From the NCBI GenBank assembly GCA_963699755.1, contig CAVOVB010000003.1:224001-288000 (forward strand): a stretch of DNA of 64,000 nt, in the 5' to 3' direction. Positions 37,586 through 47,793 of the stretch are shown in pieces (within the stretch, counting starts at the first letter, position 1; each line of letters opens with the position of its first letter). This stretch comes from an uncultured delta proteobacterium. Its GTDB lineage: Bacteria; Myxococcota_A; Polyangia; Polyangiales; Houyiibacteriaceae. The translations under genes and the position numbers were made by a program. A model generated the notes under the pieces. The model did not search any database, was not told the origin of the DNA, and saw only the letters and a list, made by a program, of their open reading frames with translations.

Positions 37586-39091
37586 ATGCCCGTTCCCAAG
37601 CCTGAATACATCAGGGCTTTTCTCAGCAGCGATGCCCAATTTGATGGTCGATTCGTAGCCGGAGTCACGACGACCGGAACGTTTTGTAAGCCGAGCTGCT
37701 CTCAGAAAAAGCCTGCTGCCGAGAACATCGTGTTCTTCGATGCGCCCGCTGAGGCAGAAGCTGCGGGCTTCGTCGCCTGTGGCACCTGTCTGCGCGAAGG
37801 CGCGGAGGGCAGGCCCGCCTCGAGCAGAGCTTCGACTACCGTGTCCCGTGCGCTTCGTTTGATCGAGGATGGCGTGCTCGACCACGCGAATATCGACGCC
37901 TTGTGCGAACGTCTCGGAATTGGAGCGCGCCAACTTCGGCGACTCTTCCACAAGCACCTAGGGACCTCTCCGGTTCAGGTGGCACGCATTCGGCGTGCTC
38001 GTTTTGCGAAGCGGCTGATCGAATCGACGAGCTTGTCGATGGCGCACATCGCGCAGGCGGCCGGGTTTGGAAGCGTTCGTCGATTCAATGCCGTGATCAA
38101 CGAGGTCTACGGCTGCCCGCCGACGGCACTCCGCAGGAGTCCCAATCGCGTGGCGGGCAGGCTCGAGCTCCAAGTTCCGATCGAAGGGCCGTTCCCCTGG
38201 GCGCGCATGCTTCAGTTCCTCGAGCCCTGGACCGCTTCAGGCGTCGAGCAGGTCGTGGGCGACCGCTACTACCGAACCGCGTCGTTCGGCAAGGCGGCCG
38301 GCGAGCTCTGCGTGCAGTACGAGCCGGAGCAGGGCGAGCTGCACGTCCGTGTGAGCAGCTCTCTTGGCGCCCATCTGCTCGATGTGGTTTCCGGCGTGAG
38401 GCGGCTTTTCGATGTCGATGCGCGGACAGAGGCGATTGCCGAGCATCTACGTGCCGATCCCGTGCTTCGCGAATGCATTCGAGCGACCCCCGGGCTCCGT
38501 GTGCCAGGGGCGTTCGACCACTTCGAGACGGCCGTGATGATGCTGCTCAATCAGCACAGCGCGCCCGAGGAAGCCTCGGAGCTCGTCGATCGCATCGTCG
38601 AGAAGTATGGAAAGCCAATTCAAACGTCGCAGCCGTCTCTCACTCACGTCTTCCCGACACCCTACGCCTTGAGCACGGCGAAGCTCGAGTCGGTCGGAGT
38701 GCCGAAGCGCCGCTGCCGTTCGGTTCAGGCCCTTGCCAAGGCGGTCCACGAAGGCGTGCTTCGCTTGGATGGCTCGCCGTCGCTCGACGCGGCAGTCGAT
38801 GGTCTACGCGCGATCACCGACCTGAGCGCGACGACGGCGCAGTACATCGCAATGCGGGTCTATCGTGAGCCCGACGCGTTTCCGGTGAACAACGCCTGGT
38901 TGCGCAAGGGCATCTCGACCAACGGCGAGAGCGTTTCCATTCCCGAGCTCGAAAGCCGCGCCGACGGCTGGCGGCCCTGGCGAGCCTACGCTGCGATGTG
39001 CATTTGGGATTCCTTTCTCTCTGAGCCGCGCGACGCAGGGCGGCTTTTCGATCGGGAATCGATGCCTCCGCAGGCGAATCAAGTCGCCTAG
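37586..39091 (+). CDS. Ada metal-binding + AraC HTH + AlkA-like fusion (divergent)
   Basis: FDGRFVAGVTTTGTFCKPSC...CGTC; GARQLRRLF...AGFGSVRRFN; PGLRVPGAFDHFE; WRPWRAYAA. Confidence 0.9.
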   Translation: MPVPKPEYIRAFLSSDAQFDGRFVAGVTTTGTFCKPSCSQKKPAAENIVFFDAPAEAEAAGFVACGTCLREGAEGRPASSRASTTVSRALRLIEDGVLDHANIDALCERLGIGARQLRRLFHKHLGTSPVQVARIRRARFAKRLIESTSLSMAHIAQAAGFGSVRRFNAVINEVYGCPPTALRRSPNRVAGRLELQVPIEGPFPWARMLQFLEPWTASGVEQVVGDRYYRTASFGKAAGELCVQYEPEQGELHVRVSSSLGAHLLDVVSGVRRLFDVDARTEAIAEHLRADPVLRECIRATPGLRVPGAFDHFETAVMMLLNQHSAPEEASELVDRIVEKYGKPIQTSQPSLTHVFPTPYALSTAKLESVGVPKRRCRSVQALAKAVHEGVLRLDGSPSLDAAVDGLRAITDLSATTAQYIAMRVYREPDAFPVNNAWLRKGISTNGESVSIPELESRADGWRPWRAYAAMCIWDSFLSEPRDAGRLFDRESMPPQANQVA

Positions 39092-39135
39092 CAAGCGGTG
39101 GCTTCCAAGGGGCCATCGTGACAGCATCGCCCCTG

Positions 39136-39561
39136 ATGATCACGTACGAGACCGAAACGATGATCGAAGCGTCGCCGCGCGAGGTGTGGAAGCACCTCGC
39201 GGACTTCGAGCGTCACGACGACTGGAGCCGGCATTTCAAGCTGAGAGGGCGACCCGAAGCCGGCACAGCCGGTCGCGTCGAGCTCGTCTTGTTTGGACGT
39301 TCGGCGGTGGCGCCGGTGCGAATCGAAAAGGTCGAGGAAGCGCGCGAGCTTCGCTGGCGGGGTGGGCCGAAGGGGCTCGTCACCGGGAATCACTACTTCA
39401 TCATGGAAGGCCGTGATGGCGGTCACAAGACGCATGTCCGTCATGGCGAGACATTTTCGGGACTGATTGCGCCGCTGGTCTGGGCGCTGCTCAAGGGGCA
39501 GCTCCGGCCCGCATATGCAGGGTTCAACCAGGACCTCAAACAGCGCGTCGAAGGCGGGTGA
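39136..39561 (+). CDS. SRPBCC-family protein
   Basis: IEASPREVWKHLADFERHDDW...ELRWRG...HGETFSG...FNQDLKQRVE. Confidence 0.85.
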   Translation: MITYETETMIEASPREVWKHLADFERHDDWSRHFKLRGRPEAGTAGRVELVLFGRSAVAPVRIEKVEEARELRWRGGPKGLVTGNHYFIMEGRDGGHKTHVRHGETFSGLIAPLVWALLKGQLRPAYAGFNQDLKQRVEGG

Positions 39562-39571
39562 TGCGCGCGCC

Positions 39572-40786
39572 ATGACGCCGATTCGGTTTCCATCGAGCCT
39601 CGATCGGCTCACGCCCGAGCTGGTCACGGCTGTGCTTGCCGAGCAACGTCCCGAAGTGCTCGTTCGCGCCGTCGACGTAGTTGAAAGCGCGAATCGGGGC
39701 GATGGGCTGGCTTCCACCGCAGACCGGGTCGCCCTCGAGCTCGAGTACGAAGTGGACGCAGGGCTGCCTAGGCAAATGATGCTCAAGACGGTGCTTTTGC
39801 ACAGAGGATTGCGCTTCGGGCCGTCCGCAATTCGATGGGCCGGTCGGATCTTCGACCTCTGTGGCGCACTGCCCTTGGGCTCGCGTCTGCGACCCTTGCT
39901 GTTCTCGGCGATCGGGGCTTATCAGCGGCGCTACCCGCATGCGCCCGATGCGATGTACGCCAATGAGGTTCGTTTCTATCGTGAGATCCGGCCGGTGCTT
40001 GCGATCGAGGCGCCGGAATGCTTCGGCAGCGTGTTCGACGAAAAGCATCGAAGCTTCGGCGTGCTGATGGAGAACCTCGCCCTTCGCGGTGCGCGATTTC
40101 CAAATGTACTGACGCACGTGGAGATCGATGAGATTGGCGGACTGCTGGCCACCCTGGCGGGCCTGCATGCCCGATTCTGGGAGAGCCCTGCGTTCGGGTC
40201 GGAGCTCGATTGGCTGGCAACCCCGGTGTCGGGCGGCATGTACCCGGTGTTTCGAGCGCTCGGGCTCGGCTTGATTCGGAACCAGGTGGAGACGAACGCG
40301 TACAAAGCGGCCCTGATCGAGCCGCTTGGCAAGAACGTCGACGCGCTTTGGGGTGCGCTTTGGACGGCGCAAGAGATCTTGGCCAGCGGGCCGCAGACCT
40401 TGCTCCACGGGGACCCGCACATCGCCAACAGCTACCTCTTGCCCGGATGCCGCGGCGGCTTTCTCGACTGGCAGCTCATGGTCAGGGGGTGCTGGGCGCA
40501 CGACGTCACCTATCTCCTCACGACGGGGCTCTCTACCGAGGACAGACGCAAGCATCAGAACGGCTTGCTCGGTTTTTATCTGGAGGAGCTCGCGCGGCAC
40601 GGAGTCCGGAGCCCACCAGGCTGGAACGAGGCCTGGCTCCGCTATCGGCGAGCAGCGATCTGGGGGCTCGTGATTGGCTGGCTCATCACGCCGACCGAGA
40701 ACTATGGCGAGGCGATCACGGCCGAGAACATTTCGCGCATGGTGGCTGCGGTCGAGGACCTCGAGACCTTGGAGGCCCTTGCTTGA
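39572..40786 (+). CDS. APH/choline/ecdysteroid-kinase-like phosphotransferase
   Basis: NEVRFYREI, LLHGDPHIAN, FLDWQ motifs. Confidence 0.85.
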   Translation: MTPIRFPSSLDRLTPELVTAVLAEQRPEVLVRAVDVVESANRGDGLASTADRVALELEYEVDAGLPRQMMLKTVLLHRGLRFGPSAIRWAGRIFDLCGALPLGSRLRPLLFSAIGAYQRRYPHAPDAMYANEVRFYREIRPVLAIEAPECFGSVFDEKHRSFGVLMENLALRGARFPNVLTHVEIDEIGGLLATLAGLHARFWESPAFGSELDWLATPVSGGMYPVFRALGLGLIRNQVETNAYKAALIEPLGKNVDALWGALWTAQEILASGPQTLLHGDPHIANSYLLPGCRGGFLDWQLMVRGCWAHDVTYLLTTGLSTEDRRKHQNGLLGFYLEELARHGVRSPPGWNEAWLRYRRAAIWGLVIGWLITPTENYGEAITAENISRMVAAVEDLETLEALA

Positions 40787-40829
40787 GAGCCTGTGCATCC
40801 ATGGCGCTTCGGCAGCATGGAGGTCATAG

Positions 40830-41624
40830 ATGGGGTCTATGAATCGGCACGTTCCTCTGAGTGGCCAGCCCAACTTTCGTGACCTCGGAGGTTACGCGAC
40901 CGCTGACGGGCGGACCGTCAAATGGCGGTTGGTGTACCGTTCCGGCGAGCTCAGTCAGCTCAGTGACGACGACGTGCGCAAGCTCCGGGGCCTTGGGATC
41001 AAGGCCGTCGTCGACCTCAGATCCCGAGGGGAGGTGTCAGCGCGTGGGAAGGGACGCCTGCCTCCTGACGCGAAGGCCCATCCGATGCCCATCTCGTCGA
41101 GTGAGATGTTCGCGAAGTTGATTCCGATGTTCCTGAAGGGCGACTTCTCGCAGGTGCCGCCCGACATGCTCGATAGGATGAACCGAGTGCTCGTGCGCGA
41201 CTTCACGGATCAGTACGCGGGTTTGCTTCGAGTCTTGAGCCACCCCGGGAATCGACCGCTGGTGTTTCATTGCACCCAGGGCAAGGACCGTGCGGGGTTT
41301 GGCGCTGCAATCGTCCTGTCCGCGCTCGGGGTCCCTTGGAAAACGGTGGTGGAAGACTACCTGCTTTCCAACCAGTTCCGCAAAGAAGAGAACGACAAAA
41401 TGCTCGGTATGCTTCGCAACTTGGTGCGCAATCAGGCCGACCCCGAGGGTGAAGAAATCCCGTTTTCGCGCGTCGAAGCTTTGCTGTACGTGAGAGAACG
41501 GAGCATTCAGGCCGCGTACGCCGAGATCATGGAACGACACGGGAGCATCGAGGCGTTCCTCATCGAGGGGCTCGGGTGCACAGAAGAAGGCCTTCGGGAG
41601 TTGCGCGACGATTTGTTGGAGTAG
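40830..41624 (+). CDS. Cys-based tyrosine/lipid phosphatase (IphP/MptpB-like)
   Basis: PNFRDLGGY, VYRSG, VVDLRS, FHCTQGKDRAG, EDYLLSN. Confidence 0.92.
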   Translation: MGSMNRHVPLSGQPNFRDLGGYATADGRTVKWRLVYRSGELSQLSDDDVRKLRGLGIKAVVDLRSRGEVSARGKGRLPPDAKAHPMPISSSEMFAKLIPMFLKGDFSQVPPDMLDRMNRVLVRDFTDQYAGLLRVLSHPGNRPLVFHCTQGKDRAGFGAAIVLSALGVPWKTVVEDYLLSNQFRKEENDKMLGMLRNLVRNQADPEGEEIPFSRVEALLYVRERSIQAAYAEIMERHGSIEAFLIEGLGCTEEGLRELRDDLLE

Positions 41625-41627
41625 AAT

Positions 41628-42650
41628 GTGAGCGAAGCAGCAAAGAAGTCTTGGATCGTTTTCGTCTTGGCCGGAGCTTGCTTGCTCATGGGTGGCTCCC
41701 GCACGCCGCACGCCGAGGCGGACGGCAAGACAGTCATTCGATACGCCACGATCGCCCCAGGTGGCTCCGCCTTCGGCAAGGTCCTCAAGGCCTGGGGCCG
41801 AAGTCTCAGCAAGGGGACGGAAGGGCGTGTGGAGCTCCGCTACTACGCTGGTGGGAGCCAAGGTGACGAGCGGGATTTCATTCGGAAGATGCGCGCGGGC
41901 CAGATGGATGCTGCCGGCGTTACGACGATCGGGCTCGGCATCATCGTTCGCCCGGCATTGGTGCTCTCGGCGCCCGGCGTGATCGAGAACTATGAGGACC
42001 TCGCGCGTGTCCGAGCGAAGATGAACGAGCGCTTCGAGAAGATGTTCGAGGATGCGGGCTTCGTGCTGCTGAACTGGTCCGACGCTGGCAAGGGGCGCAT
42101 CATGTCGACGGTGCCCATCCTCAGGCCGGCAGACTTGAAGATGGCCCGTCCCTGGGCTTGGAAGGACGACCCGATCTTCTCGGAGTTCCTCAAGGTAGTC
42201 GGTGCCAACCCGGTGCGACTCGGCGTGCCGGAGGTCTATGCCGGCTTGCAAACCAAGATGATCGACGTGGTTCCGAGCTCGGCGCTGGCAGCGCTCGCGC
42301 TGCAGTGGTTCACCAAGCTCAAGTACATGTCCAAAGACAGCTTCGGGATCATCCTGGGCGCCTCGATCGTGAAGAAGGAGAAGTTCGACCAACTTTCCCA
42401 AGGCGATCAGCAGATTCTAAGAGAAACCGCAAAGCGCGCGGCGGAGGCGCTCGACAAAGTGGTCCGGCGCGACGATGCGAAGGCATTCGACGTTCTCCTC
42501 GAGCGCGGCATCGAGCTGCTCGATACCGGCCCATATCGCGCAGAGTGGGAGCAAGCCGCGAAGGAAACGCGCGACCGGCTCACCGGGCGCATCTTTAGCA
42601 AGAGCTTGCTGGCCGAGGTCGAGGCCGCGGCCGAGGGCACGAGCCCCTGA
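41628..42650 (+). CDS. dctP: TRAP transporter substrate-binding protein (DctP/TatP-like)
   Basis: Signal peptide; ATIAPGGS, YYAGGSQGDE, GANPVRLGVPEVYAGLQTKMID. Confidence 0.85.
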   Translation: MSEAAKKSWIVFVLAGACLLMGGSRTPHAEADGKTVIRYATIAPGGSAFGKVLKAWGRSLSKGTEGRVELRYYAGGSQGDERDFIRKMRAGQMDAAGVTTIGLGIIVRPALVLSAPGVIENYEDLARVRAKMNERFEKMFEDAGFVLLNWSDAGKGRIMSTVPILRPADLKMARPWAWKDDPIFSEFLKVVGANPVRLGVPEVYAGLQTKMIDVVPSSALAALALQWFTKLKYMSKDSFGIILGASIVKKEKFDQLSQGDQQILRETAKRAAEALDKVVRRDDAKAFDVLLERGIELLDTGPYRAEWEQAAKETRDRLTGRIFSKSLLAEVEAAAEGTSP

Positions 42651-42651
42651 G

Positions 42652-43548
42652 CTATTGCGCCGGCGGGAGGGCCTGAAGCCCATATGAGGGCGACGCGTTC
42701 AAGAAGACCCCCGGCCGGCACTTCATCAGAACCGACTCGAACTCCACGTCCTCGGTCTGACAGCGAAGGCTTTCTCCCAGGTAGTCCTCGGGGGGATACT
42801 CCGCGATCAAGTCGGTGCGATCTTCGACGCAGGAGGCGCTCAGCGTGTAGTCGCCTGGGTCGACGTTGAGAAAGAGGACGCCGCCGTCGAGCGAGGAATA
42901 GGAGCGGCTTCGGTCGGGCAGGACATCGTCGTTGAAGTAGATCGGCCCTTCCTCCGCGTTGTCCATCGGTGCGACGGACACGATGGCGCCCGGCTCTCCA
43001 TGGGCCCCGGGACTCCCGATCGTCTTCCCGACCCTCGTGAGGGTGGTAACCATCTGGCATTTCGCCGGGTCGGCATCGATCATGAGGCCCGCCTCGATCA
43101 GGAAGAAGAGGCCGTTGGTTGGGATCTGGAAGGTCAGGTCATCGAGGTCGCGGTCTGGAACCGTATGGGTCTTCGTATAGGTGAGCGGGTGATTCGGGTG
43201 TTCGAGCACGAGGGTTGCCTGGGCGCCGACCGGCACGCCCTCGATCGTGAATGCACCGTCCTCGTCGCTGGTGGTTTCGAGCTCCGACATCTCCAGAACG
43301 GAAATCGTTGCTCCCTCAATACGACCATACGGTGTGCCGGGAAGCTCAAATGCCCACGCGATGCCGCTGAGCGTCACCGTGGTTCCACCGATACCGCCTT
43401 GACCACCCGCGCCGCCCTGAGCGCCTGCGCCGCCTTGGCCACCGCTTCCAACGCTCGCACTCGAGCTCTCCCCGCAGCCGACGAGCAGCAGCCCGCCTGT
43501 GAGCAGGGCCAAGGAGATCCACTTCGAGCCCAATGTCTTCATAGCCAT
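42652..43548 (-). CDS. Lipoprotein with carboxypeptidase-regulatory-like domain
   Basis: Lipobox LVGC; Gly linker; IEGATISV...TTSDEDGAFTIEGVP. Confidence 0.8.
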   Translation of the reverse strand: MAMKTLGSKWISLALLTGGLLLVGCGESSSASVGSGGQGGAGAQGGAGGQGGIGGTTVTLSGIAWAFELPGTPYGRIEGATISVLEMSELETTSDEDGAFTIEGVPVGAQATLVLEHPNHPLTYTKTHTVPDRDLDDLTFQIPTNGLFFLIEAGLMIDADPAKCQMVTTLTRVGKTIGSPGAHGEPGAIVSVAPMDNAEEGPIYFNDDVLPDRSRSYSSLDGGVLFLNVDPGDYTLSASCVEDRTDLIAEYPPEDYLGESLRCQTEDVEFESVLMKCRPGVFLNASPSYGLQALPPAQ

Positions 43549-43701
43549 ATTCCGAGGCCTGCGGAGTACCAAACTTGGCGCCCGAGGGCTAGCGTGAAAC
43601 GAGCCGCGGCTCGTCGAGCGGATCAATTGCAGACGCGCCGGGTGCACGATGCACTTCGGCGCGTCGGCAGGTCACTAGCCCCTGAGAGAGAGGCGCGTCG
43701 C

Positions 43702-44436
43702 TTACTCGAAGCTCGAGAGGTCGGGGAGCTCGTCGAGGTTTGGCTGAAGCGCGATCTCGATGCGGCGGTTGAGGGCACGGCCCTCGGGGGTCTCGTTGTC
43801 CGCGACAGGCTGAGTGTCCGCGTAGGCAGCGGCCGACACGCGGGTCCCCGGAACGCCGTATTCGATGAGGAGCTTGGTCACGTCGATCGCGCGCGCGCCT
43901 GAGAGCTCCCAGTTCGAGGGGAAGCGCTTGGTACGGATCGGCTTGTCGTCGGTGTGACCACCCACCTGGAACTGACGGCCTTTGATGCTGGCGAGGACCG
44001 GCCCGAGCTCGGCGAGAACGCGAATGCCCTCCGGCTTGAGCTTGGCGCTACCGCTTGCGAACAGAACCGCCTCGGGCAGCTCGATGACCATCTTGTTACG
44101 GACGATGCGAACCTTGAGCTTGCCGGAGTCGATCATCGACTTGAGCTGCTTGAGCATGGAGTTGTACTCAGCGAGGCGCGTGGCGGCTTGTTGCTCGCGG
44201 GCGGCGGCCTCGGCCAGAGCAGCTTCCATCGCGTTGATCTCGCCGGTGTAGCCCTTGACGAGCTTGTCGAGATTGGCCTTGTCCTTCTTGCACTGTTCGA
44301 ATGAAGCGCCCGTCTCCTGGCTCGACGCCTCGAGCTCCGCGATGCGAGCGTCCTTCGCCCTAAGCTCGTCCTTCTTACAACCTGCGGTCAGCATCACGCT
44401 GACGGCCAACAAAAGTACCCAGCTAACTTTCTGCAT
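43702..44436 (-). CDS. OmpA/MotB-family peptidoglycan-binding lipoprotein with coiled coil
   Basis: GGAGG RBS; LTAGC; VLFASGSA, GHTDDKP, SNWELSGARA, NRRIEI. Confidence 0.92.
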   Translation of the reverse strand: MQKVSWVLLLAVSVMLTAGCKKDELRAKDARIAELEASSQETGASFEQCKKDKANLDKLVKGYTGEINAMEAALAEAAAREQQAATRLAEYNSMLKQLKSMIDSGKLKVRIVRNKMVIELPEAVLFASGSAKLKPEGIRVLAELGPVLASIKGRQFQVGGHTDDKPIRTKRFPSNWELSGARAIDVTKLLIEYGVPGTRVSAAAYADTQPVADNETPEGRALNRRIEIALQPNLDELPDLSSFE

Positions 44437-44620
44437 TTGCCCCTCCAAAAGGATTGTTCCCTAAACGGGTCCGGCACCTTATCAAGCAGTTCGGACATGG
44501 CAAGCGCTTGATTTCTTGCACTTTGCCGGACGAATTGCCCCTGATTTTTCCGGGCGGGAACGGGATCCGACCCCGCGCGGGAGGCCCTCGGCTCGCGGCT
44601 CCTCGTCGAGGCTTTGCCGG

Positions 44621-45181
44621 TCAGCCCTTCGAGAGCTCACCCCGGCGCAGCTGCCGGTACATGACGAGCCCCTCTCGGAGGATTCGGAGCGCCTCGTCGC
44701 GCTCCTGCATGCCCTCGACGACAACTTCTTTGTTCTCGAGCGCTTTGTAGTCTTCGAAGAAGCGCCGGATCTCCCGCAGCTTGTGATCGGGGAGATCTGC
44801 GAGCGTTCTTCGTTCTTGGTAGACGGGGTCGTTCGCGCTGATGGCGATGATCTTGTCGTCGATGCCCTTGTCATCGCGCATGCGCATCACACCGATGGCG
44901 CGGGCGTCCATGATGGTGAGAGGCACCACGGGTTCTTGACCAAGGACCAGCGCGTCCAGTGGGTCGCCGTCATCGCAAAAGCTTCGCGGGACGAAACCGT
45001 AGTTGGCTGGATAGTGCACGGCACTGAATAGGACGCGGTCGAGCCTCAGCAGGCCGCTCTCCTTGTCCAGCTCGTACTTGTTCTTGCTCCCCATCGGCAC
45101 TTCGATGACGACTGGGAAGGTCTCTGCGAGTTGATCTTCGTCGATGTAGACGTCGTGCCAGGGATGCATAGGAGTCGCCAT
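44621..45181 (-). CDS. ppa: Family I inorganic pyrophosphatase
   Basis: [32 protein letters not shown]. Confidence 0.97.
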   Translation of the reverse strand: MATPMHPWHDVYIDEDQLAETFPVVIEVPMGSKNKYELDKESGLLRLDRVLFSAVHYPANYGFVPRSFCDDGDPLDALVLGQEPVVPLTIMDARAIGVMRMRDDKGIDDKIIAISANDPVYQERRTLADLPDHKLREIRRFFEDYKALENKEVVVEGMQERDEALRILREGLVMYRQLRRGELSKG

Positions 45182-45307
45182 TTCTATCACCCGTCGAGCC
45201 CTTGGGGCCAGGCCGGGTTTCTCGATTGTTTCGGGGAGGTAAGAAGTGAACGCGGGGGCCGGCTTTCACTGGATCGGCGAACGGTACGCTTCCATGTTAG
45301 CGGAATC

Positions 45308-46798
45308 ATGCCAGCGGAGCTTGAGCAGGCCGTTGGCCTGGCTGGGGACACCACGCTGCTCGACGGCTACGCGCCCCTGCCCAGGACCTACGATGAGCTC
45401 TTTCGAGGGGACGGAAGTCCGCGGGAAGGGGTCTCGGACCTGGTCGCGGAGCTCGACCAGCTCGGAAGGCTCGAGTTCATGACGCGGCAGCGACTGGCCG
45501 AGGGTGCGCTGTTCCGCGGCGGCGTCACGTTCTCGGTGTATTCCGATTCTCAGGGGCAAGAAAAGATCTTCCCCTTTGATCTGATTCCTCGCGTGATCAC
45601 AGCCTCGGCTTGGGAGAAAATCGAGCGCGGGCTGATCCAGCGGGTCACAGCTCTCAACATGTTCCTATCGGACCTCTACGACGGCCAGCGGATCATCAAG
45701 GAAGGGCGCATTCCCGAGTCTATGGTCTTTGGCACGGCCGGCTATCTCAAAGAGCTCCACAGCATCCGGCCGCGCGAAGGTGTCTTCGTCAACATTGCAG
45801 GAATCGACCTGATTCGCGGGTCCGATGGCGAGTTTCTCGTCTTGGAGGACAATCTCCGAACGCCCTCGGGCGTGAGCTACGTGCTCGAGAACCGCGGCGT
45901 GATGAAGCGCGTGTTCCCAGGGGTGTTTCGGCGCAGCCGTGTTCGCACGGTCGAGAGCTATCCGGCTCGACTGGGCGACGCGCTGATGAGCGTCTCTCCG
46001 CGGGACCCAGGCGAGAGTCGCGTCGTCGTGCTCACGCCGGGCTCGTACAACTCGGCGTACTTCGAGCACAGCTTCTTGGCGCGACAGATGGGGTGCGACC
46101 TGGTCCAGGGCAGCGATCTCTTCGTCCACAACGAGCGCGTCTACGTGAAGACCACGACGGGCCCGCAACAGGTCGACGTGATTTACCGGCGGATCGACGA
46201 CGATTTCCTCGACCCCAAAGTCTTTCGTGAAGACAGCGCGCTCGGAGTGCCCGGATTGATCAGGGCGTACGCTGCCGGAAACGTCACCCTCGCCAACGCG
46301 CCTGGCAACGGCGTCGCCGACAACAAGGCGGTGTATCCTTTCGTTCCGGACATGATCCGCTTCTACCTCGACGAGGAGCCGATTCTGGGTCAGGTGCAGA
46401 CCTACATCTGCATGCGTCCAGACGACTGCCAGTACGTCCTCGAAAATCTCGGCGCTCTGGTCGTGAAAGCGGTCGACGGCTGCGGAGGATATGGGATGCT
46501 CTTTGGGCCCCGCGCGAGCCGAAGCGAAATCGACGAATTCGCTCGGAAGATCGAGGCATCGCCGGAGGGCTACATCGCGCAGCCAGTGGTCGAGCTGTCC
46601 ACTTGTCCGACCTGGGTCGCTGGGGAAGCGGTGCCGAGACGAGTCGACCTCAGGCCCTTCGTGCTCACGGGCAAAAGCAGCTGGGTCTTGCCCGGTGGCC
46701 TGACGCGGGTTGCGCTCACTGCCGGTTCCTACGTGGTCAATTCCAGTCAGGGCGGTGGGTCGAAAGACACCTGGGTGCTAGAGGCTCCCGGATCATGA
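45308..46798 (+). CDS. Circularly permuted type 2 ATP-grasp ligase
   Basis: [63 protein letters not shown]. Confidence 0.95.
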   Translation: MPAELEQAVGLAGDTTLLDGYAPLPRTYDELFRGDGSPREGVSDLVAELDQLGRLEFMTRQRLAEGALFRGGVTFSVYSDSQGQEKIFPFDLIPRVITASAWEKIERGLIQRVTALNMFLSDLYDGQRIIKEGRIPESMVFGTAGYLKELHSIRPREGVFVNIAGIDLIRGSDGEFLVLEDNLRTPSGVSYVLENRGVMKRVFPGVFRRSRVRTVESYPARLGDALMSVSPRDPGESRVVVLTPGSYNSAYFEHSFLARQMGCDLVQGSDLFVHNERVYVKTTTGPQQVDVIYRRIDDDFLDPKVFREDSALGVPGLIRAYAAGNVTLANAPGNGVADNKAVYPFVPDMIRFYLDEEPILGQVQTYICMRPDDCQYVLENLGALVVKAVDGCGGYGMLFGPRASRSEIDEFARKIEASPEGYIAQPVVELSTCPTWVAGEAVPRRVDLRPFVLTGKSSWVLPGGLTRVALTAGSYVVNSSQGGGSKDTWVLEAPGS

Positions 46799-47793
46799 TT
46801 TCTCGCGTTGCAGGCAACTGTTTTTGGCTCAATCGCTACGTCGAGCGAGCGGGTGGCATGGCGCGCTTGCTGCGCGTGAATCGTGCGTTCGTGCCCGGTG
46901 TCGATCTCCCGCAACTTCACCGTTGGCATCCTCTGGTGGTCGTCGCCGGTGAGGAAGAGCGTTACCGCCGCCACTTTGGCGAAGATGAGAACGGAGAGAC
47001 CGTCCAGGAGTATCTGACCTGGGATCGTCGGAACACGACCTCGGTCGTGGAATCGGTTCGGTGGGCCCGAGAAAACGCGCGCACCGCGCGAGAGATCGTC
47101 AGCTCCGAGATGTGGGAGACCATCAACTCCCTCTGGCACTGGCTCGAGGGCGGGCCGGGTCGGCGGCTCTATCGTTCAGACCGCGACCATTTCTATCAAC
47201 ACATCCGCGAAATGGGTGAGTTGTTCCACGGCCAGGCGGACGAGACGATGCTCAACGGTGAGCCGCTGGCCTTCATGCGCCTAGGACGGTACCTTGAGCG
47301 CGCCAATCAGACGGCGCGCCTCATGGACGTCCACTATCACACCTTTCCCGATGAAGGCACGATCGACGATCCGATTCGCCTGGCGCAATGGTCCGCGCTG
47401 CTGGCCTGCTGTTCTGCCACTGAGCCTTTCCAGAAGCGGTCCTTCGGAACGCCTACGGCGCGCGAAGTCGTGAATTTCTTGCTGTTCGAGCCGGACCTTC
47501 CTCGTTCGGTCTCCCATTGCTTGAGGGCAGCCCGCCATTCCCTCGTGCAGGTTCGGGGGTACGGGTCGAACAGCATCGGGATGGTGTCTACCGCCCTGCT
47601 CGAGGCCTTGCTCAGCCACGTGGACTTGCGCGAGGGGCATCCCATCGTTGGCAACGAGCTCCATGACGAGTTGACTTACCTGGTCGACTCGGTCACCGAC
47701 CTGTGCACCTCGATCGAACAGGAGTTCTTCCACTCGACCGAGCTGCAGACCCAACTTCTTGCGGAGCAAAGCATTGCAGCAGCTCAACAGTGA
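46795..47793 (+). CDS. Alpha-E domain protein
   Basis: [41 protein letters not shown] overlap with the ATP-grasp gene. Confidence 0.93.
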   Translation: MISRVAGNCFWLNRYVERAGGMARLLRVNRAFVPGVDLPQLHRWHPLVVVAGEEERYRRHFGEDENGETVQEYLTWDRRNTTSVVESVRWARENARTAREIVSSEMWETINSLWHWLEGGPGRRLYRSDRDHFYQHIREMGELFHGQADETMLNGEPLAFMRLGRYLERANQTARLMDVHYHTFPDEGTIDDPIRLAQWSALLACCSATEPFQKRSFGTPTAREVVNFLLFEPDLPRSVSHCLRAARHSLVQVRGYGSNSIGMVSTALLEALLSHVDLREGHPIVGNELHDELTYLVDSVTDLCTSIEQEFFHSTELQTQLLAEQSIAAAQQ

